Of a stretch of DNA of 64,000 nucleotides, positions 24,709-35,801 are shown piece by piece. The notes below the pieces were generated by a model. It searched no databases. It had not been told where the DNA came from and saw only the letters and a program-made list of their open reading frames with translations. The translations under genes were made by a program, and so were the position numbers. Positions within the stretch are counted from its first letter, which is position 1; every line of letters starts with the position of its first letter. Source of the DNA: Ophelia neglecta (Eukaryota); assembly GCA_965285935.1 (NCBI GenBank), contig OZ260664.1, positions 80,786,001-80,850,000 of the forward strand. The letters run 5' to 3'.

Positions 24709-27700
24709 CTAGTGGCCTTCGACCTTTTGTAGAACAGAGTTGAGTATCCCCATCCCATCCAGTTCTCTCAGTCTTTCCAAGTGCCTGCAATAAAATGTAA
24801 ACAATTATAAAACCATTAATGGATGTATGTTAGGCAGATGAAATCATCTATCAAGAATATTACATAAGGGATAGCAGGGAGGATTACCCAATAAAAAACA
24901 CACCTTAATTTTTGAGAGCCGATTGTTAAATGTACAGCATGTGGTAGCAAAGATGATTGAAAATGGAATTTGAAAACTAGGCCAAGGCTGTCGGGGGGCC
25001 GACAGCAAGGGGTATATCCGCGATTGCGTGCAATAATCGAATGGGGAACATGGCATAAGGCGTGGTAGTGAATATGGTAGTTTTTAGTTGGCACAAAATA
25101 TAACGACCTTAACTGATTTATGTTCAGGTCATTAATAAAGTTAAACTAGTTAACTTATTACACAGTACAAGTTAACTTATTACACAGATTGTAGTATAGG
25201 TTCTATTTGACCTCAATAATAATGCAGGTCATTCTTATTAAAGTTGGTGTCATATGACCTCAATAATAATGCAAAACGACCCTAACTAATTTTTTTTCAG
25301 GTCATTAATAAAGTGAACTAGTGAACTTATTAGTAGGTTCCATAAGACCTCAATAATAATGCAAAACGACCTTAACTAAAAAGTTTTCAGGTCATTAATA
25401 AAGTTAAGTAGTTAACTTATTACACACATTGTAGTAGGTTCCATATGACCTCAATAATAATGAAAAACTGCCTTAACTAATTTTGTTTCAGGTCATTAAT
25501 AAAGTTAACTTGTTAACTTATTACACAGTACTAGTTAACTTGTTACACAGATTGTAGTAGCTTCCATATAACCTCAATAATAAGGCAGATCATTAATCAA
25601 GTTGGTTCCATATGACCTCAAGAATAATGCAAAACCACCTTAACTAATTTTTTTTCAGGCCATTAATAAAGTTAACTAGTTAACTTATTACACAGATTGT
25701 ATATAGTTATTACATGAATCATGACAGAAAACTTCAAGCCAATATCATCCATACTTTGGAATATATGATAGATAATGTGTTTTTGACATAATTAATTAAT
25801 TATTTTAACTAATTAATAATTATCAGAAATTCACCAAAATAAATACAGGTCTTCCTCTCAATAAAGTCTATGGCTGTGTCAAATGAGAAAAAGATGTATC
25901 AAATATTTTTTGTGTTATTGCAGAAAATGCGTTTCTGACGTAATTAATTAATTGTTTTAACTAATTAATAATTATTGGATTTTCACCAGAATCTAATCAG
26001 TTCCTCCTCTCATTAAGGTCTATGGCTGTGTTGAATTTGAAAAAGATGTACGAAATGGTTTTTGAGTTATCGCGTTAACGACTAAAATCTGCGGCGGCGG
26101 CGGCGCTACTGAAAACATAATATCCGCATTTCGCGGATATAATAAGCCCAATAAAGAGCCACACACTAGGTGCCTGCCCTTCAAGAATCAACCTATTCTA
26201 TATAAGCAAACATGATACTGTGAGTCTTTAATGATTCATTTAGGCTTACCTAGCATCCATTTGGGCAAGCTTGGCTATAAGTATTGCACAGTTGTGTTGC
26301 AGTCCTTTCTTTTGTCCATCCCTCGCCAGCACCAGCAGATCCATAATTATATTTGTCTTGGTTAGGGCTTTACAAACCTGTTAAGTAAATAATCAATGAA
26401 TGTGAATTGTCTCATATGTCAATGTGATTATGAATATCATTAGGAGTTTAAGTGAAAAAAATACCATAATTATATTGCCAGAATACGGTAATACTTGAAG
26501 ATATATCAAAAAAGGAAATATAGTACCAGTAGTGTTACAAAAGATTATACCAAGGTAGAACTATAACTCAAAATGAGTTGGGCTTTATAACATAGACCGG
26601 CGTTCCCACAAAAAGAACATTTTTACTTTGTGAATAGGGAGTACACATCCTAAAATTTCTCTATTACGCAGGTGTAAAGTTTAGGTTGCCCCTTCTGGAG
26701 CATGCATCAGCCTTCACACTTGACCAGATTTTAAATAAAAGAAAGTACTTGTTCTTAGGCCATTCATACAAAAAGACTTGGCCTGGCGGCCTCAACTTTT
26801 CTATGTTATAAAAAATCGATTTGTACTCTCTCCTTAATATAATTGTAGTTCCAGCTCCAAATGTTAAGTGGTGGCTAGGGTAAGTTTCAGTAGGGATACC
26901 TGTGAACAACATACTTTATTGTCACATTCTGGATTACCTTTGGGAGTTGTGAGCAGTGACTGAGACACAGAGCAGCGTTTCCTATGGTCACTTCATCTTC
27001 TGACTTGACACAGTCCACCACTGCCTTAAGACCTGCAGCAAATACATGCCAGTGATAACATTGTAACAATTATTAGTATACACAACTTTTCATGTTTCTT
27101 ACTAATCAACTCTCATTTAACTCAAGGACTTTATCACAAAACACATTTTGTGCAGATTTCTTTTGTTTCTTTATACAGTCATTTATATAAAGTCACCATT
27201 TTTACCCATTCTGATGCTTTGCCTATGGAAATTATACTATTACCAAAAGCTCACTGATTGGACTTAACAAGTGCATTTGTCTACTTTATGTGCTATTGCT
27301 GTCAAGAGTTATATCCAAATATGTTTCTGTCACAGAGCCTTTAATCAAGGCATGACCAGGACATGTTTTTTGAAAGTTAATTACTTTCCTTCTGCTCTTC
27401 ATAAACTTGAAAACAACTAATATTAAAATGTTTAGTGCAAACACTACCTATATGATAAAGACCCAAGGTATTGTTTCCACATAATAATGCTGAGCCTGTT
27501 GTTTGTTTCCCAGCTTGCATGAGTGCATCCATATCTCGATCTGTCACAGTGAATGCCTAGGTCTAATTAAGGCTGGCCAGGGTGAAGAATGGGATGTGCT
27601 GTTTATTAGGATATCTGATAGTCTAAATGAATCCCTGAGACCAGGAATCCCCAATGGAATGATGGTGGTGGTGGTGGTGGGGAGGGGGGGGGGTTCGATG

Positions 27701-30700
27701 GGGGAAGGGTGTCAGCGACTGATCTACAATAATTTTAACACCCTTTGCGTTTCTTATTTGTCATCCAAAGAGAACGGCATTCATAAGACTACTGGTTACC
27801 TTTGTCATGGTCTACTATCTGTGATCTGGCCTCAGTGTTATGTTGGGTACAGGCAGTTAGACACTTCATGGCAGCTTTAGTCATGGCTTGGTCATTTTTC
27901 TGTCAAAAATATTAAACATAAAAATAAAACGATGGGATTGAAACCCAACAATATTATTAGTACATACATATCATTGACCTGAATTATGCACTTAAGGTTG
28001 TAAGATAAATAACCTTTTTCTTATTTATCAGTACCTTAGCTTTTTAAAGGTTAAATGAAGATAACATTAATTTACAAGCTTTTCACATGTTTAATGAAAG
28101 TCAAATTAATTACAAAGTGTTTTAAGAGAGACTCACTTTAATGATTTCAATCAGCTGGGCCACAATGCCTTTATCACACAGTAAGTTGGTAGTCTCTAAA
28201 CTCTGTGGCATCATGTGACTAAGAACCCCACAGCTCCTTTGTTCTATGTCTGCTTTACCACAGTCTAGTAACCTACATGAAGAAAGGACTTTTAGGGCTA
28301 CATGATAATTTGTGTTAAATTGCAGAGAAGGTATTTAGCGAAGATTTTGATTAATTGCACAATGGTATTTTTCACTACATGTAATCGCATACATGATTTC
28401 AGTTCTTTAATTGTGATACAAACTTGCCTGTGACAGTTGCAGCAGACGTCAGTAGCATGCTTCTGAGCGTTTTCACTGTTTTCAAAAGTCATATTACTCA
28501 GTAATCCAAGAGCAGCGAATACTACTTCTTGGTTTAATGCTGTATCTAAGTTTTCTCCATGAGTAGTCTGAAAGAAGATGAAATACAAGATTCATGAATA
28601 ATCACCTATTTGAAATAGATTCCAACATAAAACAAAATAAGAAAATAATGTCCAATTCATTAAAGGAGAGATATCTGTAATAAAGACATATGTTTAGGAT
28701 ATGATAAAGTCATTAGTAGACTAATTTTAAGACTTTGTGAACTTACCAGCACTCTTGAACATGCTTGCCATGTTTCCTCTCTGGTCACAGTTTTATGCCT
28801 TATAGCCGGGTCACCACACATGTTGGTCATAGTTGAGATACACGAAGGTAGCACTGATTGGTTACCTGCCCCACCAACCTACCATAAATTATGTTATTTA
28901 TAATGCACAAAATAGAAAGAGCTTTTAATGCATAAATGACATTTATTAAAATATCACATAAAGCACTTTTACAACACATGTCCATGTAATCATATTACCA
29001 TGAGAGCTTCAAAAGCCGGCAGGACGGTTTCTTCCAAGTTCCCTCTCAGTTGGGCCTTAAATCTGAAAATTCAGAAAACAGTGGTATTTAGGCTTTACAT
29101 ACAGATATGAGAAGCCACTTAAAAAATGTAAATATGTGCTAAACTATTTGTTGGTAAAAAGTGGTTTTAGGTAATAACGTTTAGGATCATTTATAAAGGC
29201 CACCCCTACATCCAAGGAAAAGTGGTCCTACATTGCAGGTGGCCCTCTATAGAGGTACTTTAACAGGGAAAATATACAGCATGGGGTTTCAAAAAACTGT
29301 CTTGCCATTACAGGTAGCCCGACATTGGAAGGGCCCTACACCACAGGGACCACTGTATATTGTAATGATTCTCTGTCTTACTCACTTTTTATCCAGGGCC
29401 AAGTTGTTGAGAAGTCCCACTGAATTCAACCCTAGGAGCCCCTTGGTCTTCATCAGGGTGAACAACACTGTGAGTAACCTGAAAATTGTTATCAAATTTA
29501 ATACCACTGTATTTTTATAAAGTTGAAATTATGGTAATGATGAAAAAAATTCCAGATTGTAATCGAGTTCAAGCCTCACACTGTATTAACCAGGTTATGT
29601 TTATGTGGGCAGCACAAGCAGTGAAAGCTGGCTCACCTTTTACAAGGCATTTTTTGCAAATAAACCACATGAAAAACAGTGTTAACATAAATGCATGTTA
29701 AGCATCTCAGTTTAACATAGATTTAATATAAATGTCCAAGTTGATAAAAAGTCAGTGACAACATATTGTAACACTACCTGGTTAGGTCAAATCTTGAAAG
29801 AATGTTACTGCGCCCTAATTCTGAATGTGAGATCTGGCAAAGGAGGTCAACTGAGGCCCCTTCCAGCCACCGACTGTGCTTCACCTTGGTCTCCATGAAC
29901 CTCAGCATCTGGCCAGGGAGGTCAGGAAGCTCCAATACCTGCTTAATGCTCTCATCTGGAATGACAAATAAGAAAAATGGCACAATCATGGACTGTCAAT
30001 AAGGTCTGTGCCACTTTATTGTATTAGATTTATTGCAGTGCATTATATCAAAAAATGTTTTTGGCAAAATTTGGTGTTTTGTAAAAATAACATTTTAGAA
30101 TAAAAATTTATCCCCACAGGTAACTGGCTATTCCTTTCGAACATCACAATTTTTCTCCTTTACATCATGATGCACTAGGAGATTTAAATGAGATTAAGAA
30201 AAATGAACTTCAGCCAAGCCTAGTCTAGGTGCACATTTTTCACTTTTAATTTATACATATTGTACGCCTGTGGGGAGCTCCGATATACTCTTACTAGTTC
30301 ACCTAACGTTACTCAGGGATGTTGGGGTTTGATAAAGAAATGGCAGTATAACAGACATCAAATTGATTAACTAATCAAAATCATATCCTACACTATAATA
30401 TACAGTTGGAAAAAAGATCAGACCTATCCCCACATTTGTTTTAAGTATATATCTCACCACAATTAATGCAAGCTGCTTGTAAGACATCAAGCATGGATGC
30501 ACACATATCCAGCTCCTCTTTCGACAGACTCCGGGGACTGGCAGCAAAACACTTGTAAACAAACTGGTGAGTCACCGGCCACTGGAGGCCTCCTTTCGTC
30601 CGGAATATGGTCCTTTCATTGGCTGAAAAATGTCAAATGAATCAATATACTGTAGCACAAAGAGAGCCTTCTGGCTTAGCAACATTGATCTTTCTCCCGT

Positions 30701-33700
30701 GAAAAGAAGGGCTTTAGTTTTTTCTGTAAGTTTTATCTGCATTAAATGTATATACCAAACTTATAAACACTTAAACATTGCATGCCAGCATGCTATAACA
30801 TACAGTTTATGTTAAATAATAATATCGTCCTATTTCAAAGTGCCCTGAATAAAAGACACATACTGTTTGAGAGTGCTGTCTTCACCAATCGTAGCCCTCC
30901 ACAGTAGTACACAGGTAACTGATCAGCTTTATTCACTCTAGTCATAAGATCCACAAGCCCAGTGGCCTCCACTGCACCGGTCTCAAAGAGGCTTTGTGCT
31001 GTGGCTTCCTCTTCTTCAGTCCTTCTTGCCAGCTCCACTTCTGACATGTACCCTGGTAAATCACATTAAATAAAGATGACTCAGTAACTAGCATTGACAA
31101 TTAACATGAACCTTCAGATACATCAGATGAATCTTTTTAAACATCTCTTACCCCGAATCAGAGATTCCTTTTTGGGATCAATTTGCAGGGCTCTGTTGTA
31201 ACTTTCAATGGCCTTTTCATAGTCTTTCAATCCAAGATAAGCCTTGCCTTCGAGCACGCATGCCTTCAAACAATTATCAAATGTCTGAAAAAGAGTCAAC
31301 CAACATTGATCAAATCCCTGAAACTCTGCATGAAAATGTTTTAATTACAAAACACAAAAAGAAAACGGTTTTATTTTTGGTGAATGTTACGCACCCTGAA
31401 AGCCCAATCACAAGCTTCTAGGGCCTTCTCATACTGGTGAAGTTTCAATCGAGCTTGTGCAAGGTTAGTCCACAAGGCAGTCATGTCTTTAAAATGTGTT
31501 GATGCCTGGTAGTTGGAAGTAAAATAACAATTGTGTTAACAGGTTCATGGAATAAAATCAAATCACTGATAATATACTGGTACATCCCCTTCTAGAATCA
31601 GTTTAGAGTTTGATCATTTGGTTGCGCCAGTAACAGTTTGGGGGAAAAATACGTTGGACAGGCCAACAAAATAGATACCACATTTTTCTCCAAAATGGCA
31701 GGCCGATAAATTATATTGCCAACCTGAATTTTACTAAACTGTCTGTAAGGGATATGTGACTAGCAGAACTTACCTCTATGTAAAAGTCTACAGCCTTTTC
31801 AAAATTTCCAGCTTTGAACTCTTCATTTCCCGTATCCTTCAGTTTTGTTGCTTTCTCCTTTGATATTTTTCTCCGAGCTGTCCTTTGATTTACATCATCC
31901 TCGACAACCTTCATAAATGCCTCTATAAAAATAAAGAAGTAAAGTTTATCTGTGACTGAACAGTGACTAGTCAATAGTCCACACCAATTGTTCTCAGAAG
32001 TCAATGAAAAACTCCATGACTGATACATTACCTGTTTCCATTTGTTCTGTATTTTGAGGCTGAGATGGATTCTCGTGAAATTTATCAAATGCCTGCTGGT
32101 TTATCACAGTCCGATTTACACCTATAGATATAAACATAACAAAAATACAACTTTAATTATTGTCAGTGATTTGCACTTTCAAGGGGCATCAAGAGAAACA
32201 GGTTTCAAGTGCAGGCAGTCCTGAATGTTGGCATTTATTGGCCTGCTATTTTAGTAAAATTAGATGTAAAATAAAAAGATGGTAACAAAGACCTGCTATA
32301 CTATACAACTTAAAATGATAGTGACATAAAGACATTAAAGTAAAAGTTTTGGTTAGCATCCACACACGCCATGTTTTTGCCTCAAAGTCCCTTAACACAC
32401 ATTAATTTTTTGACTTGTTTCTCAGTCAAGATTCATGCTTAATTTTAATTCATAAATATTGTGGATATCATTGATATTATGTTTCCTGTGTCAAATTGGC
32501 CAAGTTAGTCTAATGGAACATATACGTAAATGCTACCTTTGCCTTGTTTTGAAAGCGACAAAATAATATGTCCCTTTATGGGACCTCTGTGTGTGTGTGT
32601 TAACTTTCCTCCCTTCTCGTTTTCTGACACTGGTGAGACGATAACCGAAGTTCCTATTTTTCACAGTTAAAGAATAACAAGCAAATAATCTTTGAAAAAA
32701 ACTATATAAATATAGTTTAGTACCCCATACGGATCTGTTAAAGTGCACCTTGTATTATAACTTTTGTTTATACACTCATAAGCACTTTCGTTTAATAAAA
32801 ATCCTATATTTTACCTGTGTTATCTCTTGGGGGATATTTCTTCTTCGTGTCTTTATTTCCAACTGTTGCCACCTGACTGGCATCACTTTTGAGTTGAGTT
32901 GGTAGATCTCCAAACTGTTTAAGAAAGCCATCTGCCTTCTTTATAGCATCCTTGGCAGTTGACTCATCAGTAGAGTTTAATGCCTTCACAATGGATTCTG
33001 AAAATGAAATCTGTACTGTTTCTATTCTGGGTTTGTTTAAATCTGTATAAGATTGGAAACTCACTGAACACAGACCAATTAACCATTCACTGGCAGCCAT
33101 TTTCCCTCATTCAGCAGGTCATGTTAACTACCTACGCCCTCCTCCTGACTGAAGCAATTGCAAAGACGGAGGATAGGAGATCATCACTGTATAAAATTAT
33201 TCTTGGCTCATGCAAGGTGGGAGGGGGGGGGGGGGAATATAGACACCTTAAAATGTTCCAGCATGCGGATATCTACACATGAATATTAATTTTCCACTTG
33301 TAATCAACTCATTCATTCCTAAGCTAGGCGACATCTTTCAGCCCAGGTTTTTTGACATCTCCCTATTGGCTAAGATTAACAAGTGACTTTGTGTTTCAAT
33401 TTTGAATTTAGAACAAATCATTTAAAAATTGAATGAAGAAATGCATATTTTTGAAGTGAACTTTTTTTCCAAATGGAAATTGTCTTCATTGGTACTGATA
33501 AGAAATACCCTTTTCTCATGGCCGATACAAAGACCATTATCAAATATGCCACAAAAATATTGAAATTCACCTTAACCCAACATGACAGTGATAATCCAGC
33601 AGCAACGTCCATGTGCGCTCCCAAACAAAACACAAATGACAGTTGTTCAGGTTTTGCCCTTATTTTGGAAGGACAAAAATTGGCTTGTAAGAATAATATT

Positions 33701-34909
33701 CATGCAGTCAGACATGGTGGTCAGCCAATCACAAATGCCTGTGACCATCACTTCATTGTTCAGCACTCTGTGAGGTTGTCCTGAAGATGGAATCTTTTCT
33801 TGAGTATAAGAGTCTAATAAAAATTGCTCTGTAAGCTTTCAACTTAACGAAAAACAAATTTGCTTTCACCTGTTTCATTCATTTATAATGCAGAATCAGA
33901 ATCCCACAAAACTCCCCTTTAATGTATAGATAACTTAATAACCAAGCATTGAAAATGTTGAATTTAGCATGTTTCAGTGGAGTCTGTTCAGTTTAACTGA
34001 GTGAAGTTACAACCCAAATGCATCATTGCAGTTGGTTTGTTGCTGGTTCCGGAGTCGGAAAATCTCTCTGACTATATTGGTATATGTAGGTCCAATGTAA
34101 ATGGCAAATAGTCCACACCAATCAAGCATATTCATCAGAAAATATATCAAAAGCCATTTATCTTCAGGGGTTCTAGGACTAGGGGGGGGGGGGTTAGTTG
34201 GGGGGGGGGGGGGCAGAGGAGTAGGGTTAGGAGGTTGGGTAGCTTTCAATTAAGCTACTTATCTTGCTTAAAAGCAATCCCCCCCTTCTCGGACGGGGAC
34301 TCCGTAATGGGTACCTTTTGGTAGTTACATATATAAAAGGGGGGGGGGGGGGGTAGGGGTATTTCCGACCATCAGGAATCTGCTTTTTTAATTAATCCTG
34401 AACTGGGAATTTAAGGTTTAATTTCTTTTGAATCTGGATTTGACAATTAATTTGGGATCAAGGATTTGAATTTACTGGGACCCGGGAATTTCCTGTTTCA
34501 TTTCCCATGACTAGGGAATCACTATACAATTTATCGGTAAGTGGGAAATATCTTATCCCCAATGGCAGGAAAAATACAGACTTCAAACATCCGTGATTCG
34601 GCCTTTTTTTTTTATCAAACTGGGAACTGGGAACGCGGTCCCGCTTATCCCCGATCTGCCCCCTTATAGGGCCTGTATTATTTATAATAGCTGCCTGAGC
34701 AGGTTGAACGACAAATATGTAAACAATGAACAAAAAAACCCCATATTCTAACGACCGCGAATAATATGTTGTCATGATTAAAACCTAGGTGTGACTTTTA
34801 TCACATATGTGTAATTTTTAACCAGAGTAGGTCAATCAGGGATAAACAACATACCAATCTCATCTACTTTTCCCAGAAATGAATCCAAACCGCCTGCTTC
34901 GTCCGCCAT
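24709..34909 (-). CDS. TTC12: Tetratricopeptide repeat protein 12 (TPR + ARM repeats; axonemal dynein assembly factor), ~18 exons
   Basis: Exon 1 34909-34855 MADEAGGLDSFLGKVDEI; 32997-32815 ESIVKALNS; TPRs ATKLKDTGNEEFKAGNFEKAVDFY, LWTNLAQARLKLHQYEKALEACDWA and EGKAYLGLKDYEKAIESYNRALQIDPK; ARM region ...EVTIGNAALCLSHC and QHNCAILIAKLA; last exon 24785-24709 HLERLRELDGMGILNSVLQKVEGH*. These match the recalled TTC12 layout (N-terminal FLxxVDEI, C-terminal LRxLxGxxILNS). Confidence 0.9.
25100..25705. repeat. Imperfect tandem repeat (~100-175-nt units) inside the HINE
   Basis: About five copies of aaacgaccttaactaa...caggtcattaataaagtt...tagttaacttattacaca...gttccatatgacctcaataataatgc. Confidence 0.85.
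25787..26076. repeat. Two ~150-nt core repeats inside the HINE
   Basis: taattaattaatt.ttttaactaattaataattat...ttcacca.aat...cctctca.taa.gtctatggctgtgt...gaaaaagatgta...tgttatcgc occurs twice. Confidence 0.8.
29195..29357. mobile_element. Pogo/Tc1-like MITE remnant (same family as 36116-36290)
   Basis: Ends gggccctacaccacagggaccactgta; shares aaaagtggtcctacattgcag.tggccctc with the copy in IFT57 intron 1. Confidence 0.65.
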
Positions 34910-34926
34910 TTTGAAGCTTAATGCCG

Positions 34927-34939
34927 GTCGCATGGAAAC
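34927..34939. promoter_or_regulatory. RFX X-box-like motif in the TTC12/IFT57 bidirectional promoter
   Basis: gtcgcatggaaac (reverse GTTTCCATGCGAC) resembles GTTNCCATGGNAAC. It lies 18 bp upstream of the TTC12 ATG, between two ciliary genes. Confidence 0.6.
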
Positions 34940-35801
34940 GAGGCTTTCAAGCACAAGAATATCTGGAACATTCCTCCAATATTTGTCAATAAAAAAATAT
35001 ATAATAGCAACGAGTGTAAAGTTATTATTCTATTTCAATTAATTTGAACATAACAAATTATTCTACGCTTTGGTTTATTTGTTGTTGTGTCAAAAGAAGA
35101 AAACAGGTGCGCGGAAAATGTGGTGCGATATGTATTTCCGGTACAAATATTTTGACGACAACCAGTGACAGACAGAAGCCTCCAGCCTTGTATATTCGAA
35201 CGTATGTATTTCTGGCAGAGTGTCATTGTTCCTCGATTTTTTATGATTAAGAAATCAGTCACAAGTTTCAACCACCCATGTTTCACATATGTGCTTCAAT
35301 AATATGTAAATTATCTCTGGCTTAATTCGATATCCATTTAATAATGGCAATATATTCTGATTCAATTGTTGAACAGAAAAAATAAATAGAATCCAAAAAT
35401 TGATAAAACCAATATGTACCTCCATTCGTTCAATATCAAAAGTTTATCATTATGATAGTGCTATTTAAATGGCTGCCATCTAGTCAAATAATGGCTTTCG
35501 TTAATTAATATTTATTTAAATATTGGTCACTATGGTACGTCACATGTATTTAAACCCCATTTAGGGTAGTTAGGTTAACCGCATGAATGAGGAGGACCTT
35601 GGTTGAAATCCTATCATATTCATAAAAAAATGTGACAACAGTTCTGGGTCCACATTGGTTTGTCACATGAGACTTAAAAATATAAGTCATATGGTAATGG
35701 TAGAGCACAGAACGTACAAGTTTGTTAACATCCCAATTGGTGCAATAAAACAAAGGTTATCTTATTTCGTTTACAGATATGAAGTATAGACATCAGTAAC
35801 C

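Larger units (their letters stand above)
24973..26145. mobile_element. Non-autonomous Helentron-associated (HINE/DINE-1-like) element in the last TTC12 intron
   Basis: Left end aaaactag plus hairpin gctgtcgg-gggg-ccgacagc (24987-25006). Subterminal inverted repeat tatatccgcga (25013-25023) / tcgcggatata (26131-26141). Internal tandem repeats, (GGC)n microsatellite at ~26091-26105, and terminal palindrome atatccgc-atttc-gcggatat (26120-26140). Confidence 0.75.

Noticed and set aside
25100-25705. Repeat array superficially like CRISPR
   Set aside because: Units are long and degenerate with no unique spacers, there are no cas genes, and it lies in a eukaryotic intron inside a HINE-like element.
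34180-34680. Poly-G tracts as functional G-quadruplexes (also ~1845, ~23800, ~27680, ~51420-51790)
   Set aside because: G-runs are scattered throughout introns and repeat remnants here; no specific evidence of function.
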